Assembly: GCF_009914755.1 (NCBI RefSeq)
Contig: NC_060940.1
DNA: 64,000 bases
Direction: 5' to 3' (one strand)
Source: the human T2T-CHM13v2.0 reference genome, Homo sapiens
The notes under the pieces are model-generated. The model was not told the origin of the DNA, did not search any database, and saw nothing but the letters and a program-made list of their open reading frames with translations. A program made the translations under genes and the position numbers. Shown here piece after piece: positions 29,211 to 44,373 of this stretch. Numbering within the stretch: the first letter of the stretch is position 1; the number at the start of each line of letters is the position of its first letter.

Positions 29211-29339
29211 AGACCAGTGCATCTCAAACTGTATGCTCTTCCTATGGCATTTTCTGTAGGAATCAAGGAGCACATCACAGAGCAGGGGCCATTTGAGTGG
29301 GGTTTCCTAGGATGCATAGGAGTTTGCTCAGGAGAAGGC

Positions 29340-29485
29340 TATGATGCATATGTCACTTGGGGATTTCACTAAAATGCAGATTCAGTTTCTACAGGTCTGA
29401 GGTGGGACTCGTGATTCTGGATCTCGAGTGAGTTCTCAGGGGATACCAAGGCTGCTGGTATCTGGACCACACTTTGAGGAGCAAG
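29340..29485. mobile_element. MER5A
   Basis: taaaatgcagattc...aggtctgaggtgggac...gctgctggtatctggaccacactttgaggagcaag; possible left end at about 29215. Confidence 0.75.
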
Positions 29486-32164
29486 ACTGGGAGGAGGCCA
29501 TGGTCTGGACTTAGGGAAAGTCACTGAGGATCTCAAGCTGGGAGTTTATTCTGCCTGGCTGAAGAGTGATTCACTTTAGAGGCCATGTGCTCATTGAATC
29601 AGTCTGTCGGGGAGCAGTTTTGATCCCTTCACTGCCCAAGCAGGCAAAGGAAAGCTGCCAGGAGAGATAAGAGAAGGTTTATTTGTGTAGCTGCTCAAAC
29701 TTGGGGCTGTTTATAGTCGATGAATATCTTTCTTTAAGCAGCTGTGCGAATTACCCGAAATACATGAAAGCAATCCATGCGAGATCAAAATCCTTAATTC
29801 CAGACCTTTCCAGGTTGATACGTCTTAAAAGAGGGAGGCTTGGTAACATTGTTGAACATTAATTAGGTAACACTTGTGCTGGACTCTGAGGATGAAAAGC
29901 CTTCTGTGTTCAAGTGTTTGGGAACGTCGCTCTTAAATGCTGCAATCTGAGGCTGGGATTGAAATGAAAATTTCACATAAGCAAGTGCTTTTTCCCATCA
30001 GGTGCGGTGATTGGAGATTGTGCAGACTTGAATGTGCCTAGCCGCCCCCCCTTCCCCAGCCACCCAGCCTCATGTCCTCACTGAATAGAAGCTGGCTAGC
30101 CGATGAATGGGGAATTTACTAGAGGTAATTACAGAAGGAGGGAGGGGGAGGACTCATGTGCTCCCGGGAGGGGCCTCTCTTCCTTGCCACAAAGGACTGG
30201 TTTCCTCTGATGGTGTTCTCCCCTGATGTGTGTCTTACCCAGGACTTGGTTACAGACATAATACTAGAGGCAAGGTGCTGCCTGATGACTCTGTGGCCCC
30301 TAGAGTGAGGGGGTCTGTATTCAAAAGCTAGGCTCCTTGCCTTTCTCACCTGTCAATGCCCGCTCACCCACCTGGTATTCCTTTTGAGTTCCTCCAGGGC
30401 TGGCCTAATCCACCGCCTCTCCTGAGCACGACTTCCTGGAGCCCTTGCAGCAGGTCAGAAGTTTATGTCCTCACCTTATGATATATTCTTGCTCCTCCAG
30501 ATTGTGGGATATGGGCAGAGGCTCCGTGTTAACCTCTAAAAGCCTCAGCAGCCAGCCTCTAGGCAGATGCTAGCATTATGATTGCCACGGTAGGCATGAA
30601 AAAAAATGACATCAGAAGCAGGAGGGTGAGGAACTTGCCTAAAGTTACATGGCACATGGGCAGGTGAGCCCCGCTTTTGACCTTAGACTGCCTCTTTGTA
30701 AAAATGATGTGGCTTCTTGGCTGTCCTTGATCATCGTTTTTTTAGGGTGTGGCTGCCCCCTGCTCACTCCCTCTGGGCACCCAGGAAGGTGGCTAAACCT
30801 TAGGCATTATCATTTCCTTCTTGATGCTTCATTGTGGGTGGACTTGGCCCCATGTTCTCCAAGGAAGACAAGGTTTCCTGATACATAAAGTAGAGCTTCT
30901 CTGCTGAGAGGTATGGAGATTCTGAGCATCTGACTTCACACACCCAGCCTAGGAAAATCCAGATGTGTACCCCACATTGATTAGGGTGGTGAATGCTTCA
31001 TGATTTTTTATTGTCAGAACCGCAGAGTCATAGCAAGGTATTTTTAGGTACAGAGTCTTCCTGCAGCATTTAAATTATGATTTGATGTAGGAACTTCAGC
31101 TTTCCCCAGAGCCTGGATCTACTTAGATGCACAGGATCGTGCCCTTTATTTTATTTATTGATTCTTTTACTGATTTGAGAGTCACCATTCTACTGATTCT
31201 TGTGGAAGAAACTTTCCATCCACTACTGTCCCCTAATCACAAGCTAAGCCAATAATGTGCCAGGCACATTCACGTGGGATGGAGCTCACCCTGCACACGC
31301 ATAAACAGTATGAATAAAAATTAACTTAAAAATCTTTTCTTTCCCTCTGTAACAATGACATTATACCAAATGGGCCTATTTAATTTCTTACATTTGTACC
31401 TTTTCAAAAGGGCCCGCTGTTTTACGATGTCAAATGTGACCTTTACAACAAAACGTGCAGACTGCGTCGTACACAGAGGACTCTTCGAAGCTAGTAATTT
31501 TCATGATGCAAATTTCAGAGCAGAATGAGCCCATTAACCAAATTAGCAATTCATAAAAGCAGAAGTTCATGGTCAGGAAATAATCGCGTCTTTCCATAAG
31601 GTATAATTTTAGCCCCTTGTAGAGTTAAAGTGTGTGTGTTTTTTTCCTTTAAAAAAAGTAAATTGGGGCTCTAATTAAATAGGTTAAGGCTGTATATGAA
31701 GGACAATGCAATTTATGTGTAGTAAAATGAATTAGGGACTTGAATGGTGCCAGAGATCCTTGATAAGGGCATAGTAACAGCACCCTGAATGTGGATGAGT
31801 GATTTTGGCCGTTGTGCAAAGGAAATGCCCATGGTAGAGGGAAGGAGAATTCTCTAAGTCTGTGTTAAAGGCGCTTGGGCTCCAGATGGGTTGAAGTTGG
31901 ACTGTACACCATGGAGGTAAAGTTCCACCTTAAAGTCCAGAACCACCCATGTGGCTCCCTCTGACATGAGGAGTTAGTCTGAGATACATTGCAGGAACTC
32001 AGCCGTGTCTCTGATTTTGAAGCGTGTCAGGCTGGGAGACACAAGGTTGGCAATGTTGCTGATTCACAATTTTTTCCTCCACAAATTGTGGGGGATAAAA
32101 ATACTGTGCATTCTGCAATCTTATTCTGATTATGAACTGAGATCATGTCCACAAAAAGCCCAGG

Positions 32165-33015
<851 letters not shown>

Positions 33016-33104
33016 AGTCTCATATATACATTGACCTGTTCCTTGATTGTGAATTTCCTTGGGAAAGATTCTGTGTGTGCTTTATTATGTATCTACATAC
33101 GTAT

Positions 33105-33870
<766 letters not shown>

Positions 33871-34057
33871 CCTCTGGTTCCCAGCACAGTGCTTGTCATC
33901 TTGTGGGCTATCAGTGAAAAATACTGACTGTGACAATAGTGTGCATTGTGTATGTAGGATGTGCAGGAGGAGAATGCAGAGGAGACACCTGCTATGTCAG
34001 AGGGTCGCAGTGTGCAGCATGTGTCAGGGAGGGCATGGCAGGGGTCTGGGCAGGTAA

Positions 34058-34366
<309 letters not shown>

Positions 34367-35139
34367 AGGAAGACCCTCTTGATGGTGGGAGGGAAATACC
34401 GAGAAAGGGGAGCGCAGCCGGCGGCTGCGATGGAGGCTTCTAGGGAAGGATGCAGATGCCATTCCTGTGTGAAATACACTATAGGACCCTGTTCTTTCCT
34501 TCTAAGAAACACTTGATTGTTAAATGCCTGTGGACTCAGAATGTGTGTGTGTGTTTTAATGCATCAGTGGACAAAATCCTGCCTCAAGGTGGACCAGTGA
34601 TATGTGGGTGGCATGTGCACCGTTTCACTGAATATGAACCCCAGGTTTATGAAGCAAAACAGTGAGGCAACAGGAGGTGAGGTCATTCACCCAGGGCCAT
34701 GGAGCTTGGAAGGGGCACAGCTGGGATTTAGTTCTACATCTGCTTAATGGTGGACATTCTACTGCCTCAGAGGAAATTGTATTTTAGAAAAATTAGGTCC
34801 CTTTTCTTCTTAAATGTGCCTGCAATTCATTGCCACTGTGAAATAGGATCCTTTGGTTTCATGTTTCATGTTTTTGGCAACATGTAAACACTGCTGTCCA
34901 CTTCACGGGGTTATTGTGAAGTCAGTCGAGGCAAGTTATCTGAAGCTCAGGGCACACAGTAGGCACTGAGCAAATGTTAGTCTCTGTCCCGTGGAAACCC
35001 CACCTCTTCTCCTTTCCCTTTCCCCATTTCTCCAGTGTGGGAAAGGAGAAAAAGAACAAGAAAAGAGTAGACCTCAGTAAGTCAGTACCTTCTCTGATTA
35101 TTAGGGTAAGAAGAACTAATCCGTAGCTTAACAATAAGA

Positions 35140-35800
35140 ACCTGCAACGCCAGGTTCAAGGCTGCATTCTTCCCCTAATCAGCTGCCAGGCTTGGTACAA
35201 GTTTCCCGGAACAGATTCTGTGTGTGCTTTATTTTAAAAATCTCTGCTTCCCAACACAGGAAGATTGGCACCTTGTAGGCTGTTTTGTTTTTGTTTTTGT
35301 TTTTGTTTTTTGAGATGGAGTTTCATTCTGTCACTCAGCCTGAAGTGCAGTGGCATGATCTCAGCTCACTGCAACATCCACCTCCTGGGTTCAAGATATT
35401 CTCCTGCCTCAGCCTCCTGAGTAGCTTGGAGTATAGGCGTGCAGCACTGTCCCTGATTAATTTTTGTATTTTTGGTAGAGACAGGGTTTCACTGTATTGG
35501 CCAGGCTGTTCTCAAACTCCTTACTTCAAGTGATCAGCCTGCCTCTACCTCCCAGAGTGCTGGGATCACAGGCATGAGCCACTGCACCTGGCCACCTTGT
35601 AGGCTTTTGATGAATAACACTAACCACGACAATACATACGATATGCAGGAGGAGAATTCAGGGAAAACCTGCTGTGTCAGAGGTTCTCAAGTTCTCGGAG
35701 CCTCAGTTTTCACATCTGGGCAATGGGTGTCACAACCTCACTTTCTTAGGTAGTGCAACTAAAAAACCAGAGTAAGAGAATGCATGCGAGTGTGATCAGA
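35140..35800 (+). mobile_element. MIR split by an insertion
   Basis: cagctgccaggcttggtacaagt (to about 35202) resumes at about 35690 as ctcggagcctcagttttcacatctgggcaatggg. Confidence 0.65.
35283..35593 (-). mobile_element. AluSx/Sz-type SINE
   Basis: (TTTTTG)n tail; TSD accttgtaggct. Confidence 0.95.
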
Positions 35801-35878
35801 AGGTGCTGAAGGACTGCGCAGGTGTGGTGCACTCTGCCAGAAGAGGGGACACTGGGCTGACATAGGTTTCATCTAGAC

Positions 35879-36087
35879 CAGGGCTTTTCAACCAAGGGTG
35901 ATGTTCCCTAGGGGAATTTGGCAATGTCCAGTGACATTTTGCTTAGTACAACTTGCGGGGAGGTGGTACTGGCATCTAGTGGGCGGAGACCAGGGATGCT
36001 GCTCTGTGCCCTATGATGCACAGGACATCTCCCACCACCAAGAATGATCTTACCCAACACGTCAAGAGTTGACGCTGAGAAACTCTG
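35879..36087. mobile_element. MER20 (hAT-Charlie)
   Basis: ttggcaatgtcc...tggcatctagtgggcggagaccagggatgctg...tgagaaactctg; 8-bp TSD atctagac / atctagaa. Confidence 0.9.
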
Positions 36088-36208
36088 ATCTAGAAGGAGA
36101 AAAGAAAAAAATGCATTTAGACGTGGGCAGGACTGGAAGTTATTGAGGATATGGAGTTAGTTTTCCTTGTGTCTACCTCCTCTTTTTATTTGCATATTTT
36201 AAAAATCA

Positions 36209-36520
<312 letters not shown>

Positions 36521-36540
36521 TTAAAGATACATAAAAGCGA

Positions 36541-36615
36541 TTATATATATATACACACATATATACATACATATACATATATATACACATATATATGTAC
36601 ATATGTATATATGTA
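36541..36615. repeat. (TA)/(TACA) microsatellite between inverted Alus
   Basis: tatatatatatacacacatatatacatac... Confidence 0.9.
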
Positions 36616-36617
36616 CT

Positions 36618-36966
<349 letters not shown>

Positions 36967-37638
36967 TAATATTTTTAATAAAACTAAAAACAGAAATCAT
37001 AGCTAAGCTCATCCCATCGTCTCCCTCTCTCATTTCCCTTTCTTCCCTGAGAGATGCAGCCTCTGTCATGAATTTATTTTTATCTTCTTTGTCTGTTTTT
37101 TGGTACTTTACAATTAGCAATATCCACGCACAAAGTACTGCATGAATTTACATTTCTCTTTTCAACAAACACAAATTGAAGGCCATCATGTACAACTCGC
37201 TGTTTTCACTCAACAACTGCTTGTGTTGACAACATGTACATGGGGTGGATTTGATCCAGGTGTTTTCAGGCTGGTGGATTGCCCTTGAGCTGAGCTTGTT
37301 AGTCCTTCACACTGTGCAGATTATAGAGGGATGTGAAGCACTTCATCAGAGGGGGTAGCACTCGAGTTCGCAAGAATCGCCTCCCGGTGGAACACGCGGG
37401 GAGGTCGGCCCACAGGAAGAGGCAGAGTCGATGTTTTGCAAACACCACATTGCTCTCTACATGAAGCATTGGCCGTCTGGGCTGCTTAAGCAAACACAAG
37501 TTTTGAAGGCACGTTGGGGTCTTCATGGATGAGCTTTCCTCTCAATAACCTCTGTGGTTTCGACAGGGACTCAACAGCCTCCAGCCCCCACCCCCAACTC
37601 CTGGTGAAATAGTCGTAAGACGAGGCTCTCAATCTTAC

Positions 37639-37874
37639 CTGAGCAAACAGAGGCAGCTGCTTGGGCCAGAGAGGCTGACTCTGATGGCCTCGGGAGATGT
37701 GAAGTGCCCCTTTCTGGGCTCTCAGCCACACTCCTCGTCCTCTTCAGAGGCAGCCACGGCGGTGGTGGTGGTGGTGGTGGTGGTGTGGAGGGAGGGAGGG
37801 AGCCCCGTCGAGGGCCTCCTCCATCATCCTGGCATCCTGCAAGTGGTGCGGGAGAGGCAACCTGGATGCCCAGT
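37639..37874 (-). other. Candidate 236-nt exon containing (CCA)n (unverified)
   Basis: Acceptor tttattttccatttctgtctctaaaaatgcAG, donor CAG|GTAAGA, GC/CpG-rich non-repeat body. Confidence 0.4.
37761..37784. repeat. (GGT)8 trinucleotide repeat followed by (GGAG)4
   Basis: Read directly from the sequence. Confidence 0.95.
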
Positions 37875-38308
37875 CTGCATTTTTAGAGACAGAAATGGAA
37901 AATAAAGCAGTGGCTTCCTGCTATTAAACGGGAGTGTGATTAGTTATAGGAAAATCAATTCATTCTTTGGCTTTGGGGAAGGCTTTTAAGTGTGAAAGGG
38001 GATGCTAATCCCCTGGGAAATGATTTTTAAGCAAAACTGCCTTAGTTCTGCCAGCTGCTTAGATAAACACCAGAGGGGAGGGAATGGCAGCTTTTCTCTT
38101 CATTTAACAGGGGTTACCAGGAGCCTACCTTCCTCTCTCTGTCTCTCTCTGTCTTCCCTTGCCTCTCTCCCTCCTTCTCCCTGTCTTCTCCCACATTTAT
38201 TGAATGCTCAGTTTGGGTCTTGTTAACAGACGGACACAGTCTTTGTCCTTATGGAGGACGGGGCAGCAGGCGACGGGTCATGAAGACAGGAACGAAGCCA
38301 GTGAATGA

Positions 38309-38798
<490 letters not shown>

Positions 38799-39290
38799 TA
38801 GCTTCTTGCACAGCCATTCCTGGAGCAACCTGCAGAATGTTGGTTGGAGGACACAGGCGAGTATCTCTGCTGCCACCCCAGGTAGACACACACAGAATCC
38901 TGCCCCAGGCCACCTTGCAGAACGGAGGGACCAAAGCACAGGTTGCCTTTGGGACCTGGATCAGGTTTCACCCTCCCAGGGTTGTCAGGAGTCAGCATTT
39001 TTTCGGGGGAAATGAGCACCCCGTCCTGTCCTGTGTGTGACCTTGTCAGTCACCACCTTTCCCCAACCCTCCATCAGCTGTGTGAATTCCCAGTGCCCAT
39101 CTGTGAGTGAGCCGTTTCAGTCTAACTGATTCCGCATGGATACCCATCCCTGCCTGCTTTTTATACTTCCCTGTTAGATTTGCATGAGGAGTTCTGGTTA
39201 CATAATTTCTTCTGAACAATATTGTTGTCCAATCATAAGCATCCATTTGCGTATCGGTAACAAAGTAAACTAATAATAATAATGCTTTTA

Positions 39291-39579
39291 GGCCGGGCAC
39301 AGTGGCTCATGCCTGTAATCCCAGCATTCGGAAGGCCAAGGCAGGAGGATCGCTTGAGGTCAGGAGTTCAAGACCAGCCTGGCCAACATGGAGAAACCCC
39401 ATTTCTACTAAAGAAAGAAAAAAATAGCCGGGCTTGGTGACACATGCCTATAGTCCCAGCTACTTGGGAGGCTGAGGCACAGGAATCTCTTGAACCTTGG
39501 AGGAAGAGGTTCTAGTGAGCCAAGATAACACCACTGCATTCCAGCCTGGACAACATAGTGAGACTCCATCTAAAAAAAA
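39291..39579 (+). mobile_element. AluJb/Sz-type SINE
   Basis: Full dimer; a MIR follows at about 39610-39850. Confidence 0.92.
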
Positions 39580-40429
39580 TTATACTTTTAATGATGATGA
39601 TGATGAAGAAGATATTGACAGAGTTAACATATCCTGAGAGATTACTAGTCTTTAGATACCACTTAGCACTTTATATATTTGATTTTATTTACTTTTTAAA
39701 ACTACCTTATAGGGTAGCTGCTATCATCAAACCATGTTACAGATGGGAAAGCTGAAGCTCACTAAGGTTAACTAATATGCCCAGAGAATCAGATCTTGGA
39801 AGTGAATGCAGATCGGTCTGACCCCAAAGCCTGTGCTTTTAACCACTGGCTTTCCTACCTTGATGGCATAGTTGGAAGGGAAGCCTGTATCACACGTTAC
39901 AGGAGCCTAAACATAAATTATTATCTTTAATCAGAGTCTTTGTGCAACAGGAGGGATGACAGGATTATACTAGGGTCACCTTTTTGTGCTTCGCCAAGGC
40001 CATACCATCCAGACCTCCACTCCAGAAGTCTTTGCACGTCCTCCTCTCAGCCCCCACCCACTCACCCACCCGGCTTCACATTCAGAAGCTTAGCTGGGAA
40101 AATGGGTGCAGGAACCCAGCTACATATAGGGTATAAATGTGCCTTTCAGAGAGGCACAGTGGGAAGAACAAAGGATTTGAAACCAGACAGACTTGAATTC
40201 AGATTCTGGTTAGTGACCCTGGGTGGATTACAGATCTCCTTTTCCCAGCTCAGCCACCTTATCTTTGTAAGCTTTCCAGGTCACCAGCTAACTGCCAGGA
40301 CTCAGGGGTCACTGTAGGTAGCATGATGTGTATAGTACATATGTGGTTGGCATCTTACCCTTCCTTTCTCATATCAGGGGTGACTGGGTCTCTGCTGCAC
40401 CCTGTGCACACTCAACCTGCTGAGCTGCT

Positions 40430-41245
40430 GTGCAGAAGGTGGGGTGCTGAGCCGTGTGCTGGGCTTCTGTGCGGAAAGTGGGGTGCTGAGCTGTGTGCTG
40501 GGCCTGTGTGAGCAAGGTGGGGTGCTGAGTTGTGTGCTGGGCCTTTGTGTGGAAGGTGGGGTGCTGAGCCGTGTGCTGGCCTTCTGTGCGGAAGGTGGGG
40601 TGCGGAACCGTGTGCTGCACCTTTGTGCGGAAGGTGGGGTGCTTAGCCATGTGCTGGGTTTCTGTGAGGAAGGTGGGGTGTGGAGCCATGTGCTGGGCCT
40701 ATATGCGGAAGGTGGGGTGCTGAGCCGTGTGCTGGGCTTCAATGCAGAAGGTGGGGTGCTGAGTTGTGTGCTGGGCCTTTGTGTGGAAAGTGGGGTGCTC
40801 AGCCGTGTGCTGGCCTTCTGTGCGGAAGGTGGGGTGCGGAACCGTGTGCTGCACCTTTGTGCGGAAGGTGGGGTGCTTAGCCATGTGCTGGGTTTCTGTG
40901 AGGAAGGTGGGGTGTGGAGCCATGTGCTGGGCCTATATGCGGAAGGTGGGGTGCTGAGCCGTGTGCTGGGCTTCAGTGCAGAAGGTGGGGTGCTGAGTTG
41001 TGTGCTGGGCCTTTGTGCGGAAGGTGGGGTGTGGAGCCATGTGCTGGGCCTATATGCGGAAGGTGGGGTGCTGAGCCGTGTGCTGGGTTTCTTTGAGGCA
41101 GGTGGGGTGTGGAGCCGTGTGCTCCACCTTTGTACGGAAGGTGGGGTGCTGAGCCGTGTGCTGCGTCTTTGTGAGGAAGTTGGGGTGCGGAGCCGTGTGC
41201 TGCGCCTTTGTGCAGAAGGTGGGGTGCTGAGCCGTATGCGGGCCT
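40430..41245. repeat. 39-bp minisatellite (VNTR-like), about 21 units
   Basis: Unit approximately gcggaaggtggggtgctgagccgtgtgctgggcctttgt, with no indels across the array. Confidence 0.97.
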
Positions 41246-41739
41246 GGGGTGATTGCCTCTCCCTGACCTCCTTTGCCTCTCCCTCCGCTAACAGACCAGA
41301 AGCCTGTTCTGCCGCATGTGCAGCTGCCGCTCTCTTTGAAATGCTCGGCTTTTGGGGCAGGTGCTGGCTCTGAGAGATACTGTTCATTTTCCAAAAGTGC
41401 TTAGAGCCGCTCATTTCCACAGGCCAGGGGTGGGGTGGCTCAAGCCCAGCCGGTTTACCTGCAGCCACTGAGTCCAGGCCATATGTGCCCTCTTAGAATG
41501 GATGCTGGGTCAGGGGTCCGTGGCAAACTCAGCCAAGACCAGTGGCCAGGAGGGCTGCTCTCGGCCCCTGAAAGATGAGAGGATAAAGTCAGTGTCTGCT
41601 CGTCTATTCTCCTTCTCACTTTGTGGATGTTCTCAGATCCCATCTGGTCGGCCACTCACGCAGCAGGGTGGGCAGGCGGGGCCCAGCTGGTGCGAGCTTT
41701 TGGTTGATAAGCCTGATGTCAAGAGTTCCATCCCTGCCT

Positions 41740-41930
41740 GTAGTGAAAAGTGCATAGACTTTGCAGTGAGGACACGTCTGGGTCAAATACTAGCTCGAGC
41801 ATGCACCTGCTGTGTCAGTCTGGACGAGTCGTTTTCTGAGCCTCAGACCTCTTATCTGTGAAATGGACTTGAAATTAATGCTTTGAGTCTGTTTGACATG
41901 TTGTATATAAAGTGCATCAAGCTGTTCTTT
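41740..41930 (+). mobile_element. MIR
   Basis: tagtgaaaagtgcatagactttgcag...ctgggtcaaatactagct...tctgagcctcag...atctgtgaaatgg. Confidence 0.78.
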
Positions 41931-41937
41931 GGCCTGT

Positions 41938-42100
41938 AATATGCTGGAGCCAATCCATATTGGCTTCTGGGAGCCAAGTGTTGAATTCTCAGGAATCCTG
42001 CAAGCCAGATGTTAAGCCATTAAGCTGGAAATGGGCCATGCTGTAGTGGGAGTATTTATACCATGGAAATTAGCAAACATTTCAAATCAGGACTCCCCCC
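41938..42100. mobile_element. MER63A-like hAT fossil
   Basis: tgctggagcc...gttgaattctcaggaatc...gtgggagtatttataccatggaaattagcaaac. Confidence 0.6.
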
Positions 42101-43589
42101 AACCTAAAGTCCATACCATTTCTTGTGGAGGTTGGGAAGGAACGTTCTCACCTGTCCTTCTTCCTTCTTTGTGGTGTTTTCTTCTCTCATTCAGAATCGT
42201 CCTCCAAGACTCCAAGCACAGGACTTTCTGGTTCAAGCCTGTCCTGTGCTGGATGTGAAAACACCCTGTTCATTTCTCATCCAGCCCCACTGAGCCTCCC
42301 AAAGCCTCAAGCCCTTTCGCATCTCATTCACAACCTGGCATGACAGTCCGAGACTGACCAAGTCTGGGTCCTGTGGATCCTACTGCCTGGTGTGATGTGC
42401 TCCTCCTCCTGCAGCCTTTGCCATGTTCTCCTTTCCCTTCCTCCTTCCTCCTTCTTCCTTCTTTCCTCTCTCTCTCTCTCTGTCCCTCGCTCTCTCCCCA
42501 CTCTCTCCTTCCCTCGTGGCTTCCATTGTATTCCCCCCTTTATTTGTAAGCAAGCAGGGGAATGAAAGGGATGAAATGCTCTCTTCTCATCTCTGTACCA
42601 TTTCAGCATCCAGGACAGCTCCCCCCCAGCAAGTAGAGGCTCTCCTGCTTTGGATTATACGTTGCATTGCCTTGCACACTGGGTCCAGCCTACGCTTCCT
42701 ACCCAGGAGTCCTAGTGAGGACGCACACACTAGGGCGCATCTGTCTCCACACTTAGGAGACAAATCTAAGAGCAGGGCTGACAGATGGTGCCATCTTCAA
42801 ATGGAACATATTTTATTATTTGTTTGCTATCTGGAATTTAGCCCCGACGAGGGTGGCATTTGCACACCATCATATGCAGAATCTACTGTGGAAATCAGGC
42901 TTGTGATAATATGTGAGGAGAAGGACTGTGGGCAGGAAACATGTTCTATGATTTTTTTTGAGTGTGGACTTGATAGTTTTCACCCATTTCATGCGGGTAA
43001 GATATGTGGGAAGAGTCAAGACTCCTGTTGCCTGAGAATGGAAAGACATCAAGCATCACAGACTTTCTCCTGCTCCTTGGAGGTGGAGGTCAATTGAGGC
43101 TTTTCATGAGCATATCTGGCAGGAAATGACATCTGTAGCAACAGCTGGCTGGAAGAACACTGAAGATGGGGTGTGGCTAGGTTCAGCGATGAATGGTGCT
43201 TTAAATTCCTTCCCAGAATTTTTCAAAGTGGGTTCTGCTACAACTGCAAAGGGAATGATTGGGTGAGGAGCTGTAATGGTTGTCCTTGATACAGCAGAGT
43301 GCCCTGTGTGTCTTTGTTCAAGCTTTGCAGGCAGATGAAATGGGAGTGCATTTGTACCTCTTTCTCATCTCACAGGTACAGTGTAACCCTTGAGAAGGTC
43401 CAAGTGGAAATGGAATTTAATAGCTTGTTGGAAAGCGAAAATAGCCCTACACTTTGACTTTGCCAGCAGTATGAATTAGGAGGAGGTGCTGTTGAAGCCT
43501 CCATTTGACTCTCTGTTTGTCTTTGGAAGTACTTTGCACACTGACAATGATTTGTTTTAAAGCATGTGCAATTGTAGATTAGGTAGATC

Positions 43590-44040
43590 TCCTGCATGTC
43601 TCTAGATTGTGAGCTCTGAGGAAGAAGGATGGTCACTGTGTCTGTCTTGTTCACCACAATGTCAGCCACTTTCACAGTGTTGGACTTGTAGTACGTGCTC
43701 GTTAAAAGCTTGTGGAAAGATTGACTGGGATTACTTTTCTGGAGTAATGAATAATATTAATTATTACCAATAGTAGCAAAATATTAGTAACTTGAATGAT
43801 TTGGGGCTTAGGGAAAGCTGGATTCCAAACCTTGTTTCTCTTCTTAGGTGCATGTGTGTAGGCAAATCATTTGGACTTCCTATAGTTTTGAGTTTCTTAT
43901 TTTATAAAGTGTGAACAGTAATAGCTTTCACAGAGGGTTGTCTTTCAGGATGAAAAAAGTAATGTCTCTCAGCACTCAGTGCAGAGGCGAGCATATCATT
44001 AAAATCGTTATTTTTGTTGTTAATATAATTATCTTTATTA
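43590..44040 (+). mobile_element. L2 3' end (to about 43730) followed by a MIR (about 43790-44040)
   Basis: ctagattgtgagctctgagg...tgtcttgttcacc; ggattccaaacc...ggcaaatcattt...cacagagggttg. Confidence 0.68.
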
Positions 44041-44099
44041 GTATGTCTTGCAACTCTCTCACATTCATTTAAGAGTGCTGGTTGGAATAAGTTGGCATT

Positions 44100-44340
44100 T
44101 TCAAAATTTAAGCCACTTTACTAAGGTGTGATTAATATACAAAAATCTGTACATAGTTAACATATACAACTTGTTAAGTTTGGTGATAAGAATACATCTG
44201 TGAAACCATCACCACATCTTACACCATAAACCTGTCCATCACCTCTAAAAGTTTCTTCCTGATTGCTTATTTATAATTGTTAATATTTTTAGTTTCATGT
44301 AAATTAAGAACACTTAACATAAGATCTGTAGCTCTTATAG
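44100..44340 (-). mobile_element. L1MA-type 3' fragment
   Basis: ctttactaaggtgtgattaatatacaaaaatctgtacat...gtgaaaccatcaccac...aagaacacttaacataagatct. Confidence 0.78.
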
Positions 44341-44373
44341 CCATACCCAAGGATTCTTAGAAATAGTCTTCTC

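Noticed and set aside
35968-35985. CTCF-like tggcatctagtgg
   Set aside because: It is an intrinsic part of the MER20 consensus, so it is not locus-specific evidence.
40430-41245. CRISPR-like array
   Set aside because: Units are contiguous with no unique spacers, there are no cas genes, and the DNA is primate.
40374-41468. 309-aa and 364-aa repetitive ORFs as protein-coding genes
   Set aside because: They follow from a 39-bp (13-codon) tandem unit lacking stops in those frames; no recognisable domain or gene context.
42423-43097. 224-aa ORF (also 11135-11692 and 59681-60232)
   Set aside because: No family resemblance; parts overlap low-complexity or repeat-derived DNA; no supporting exon structure.
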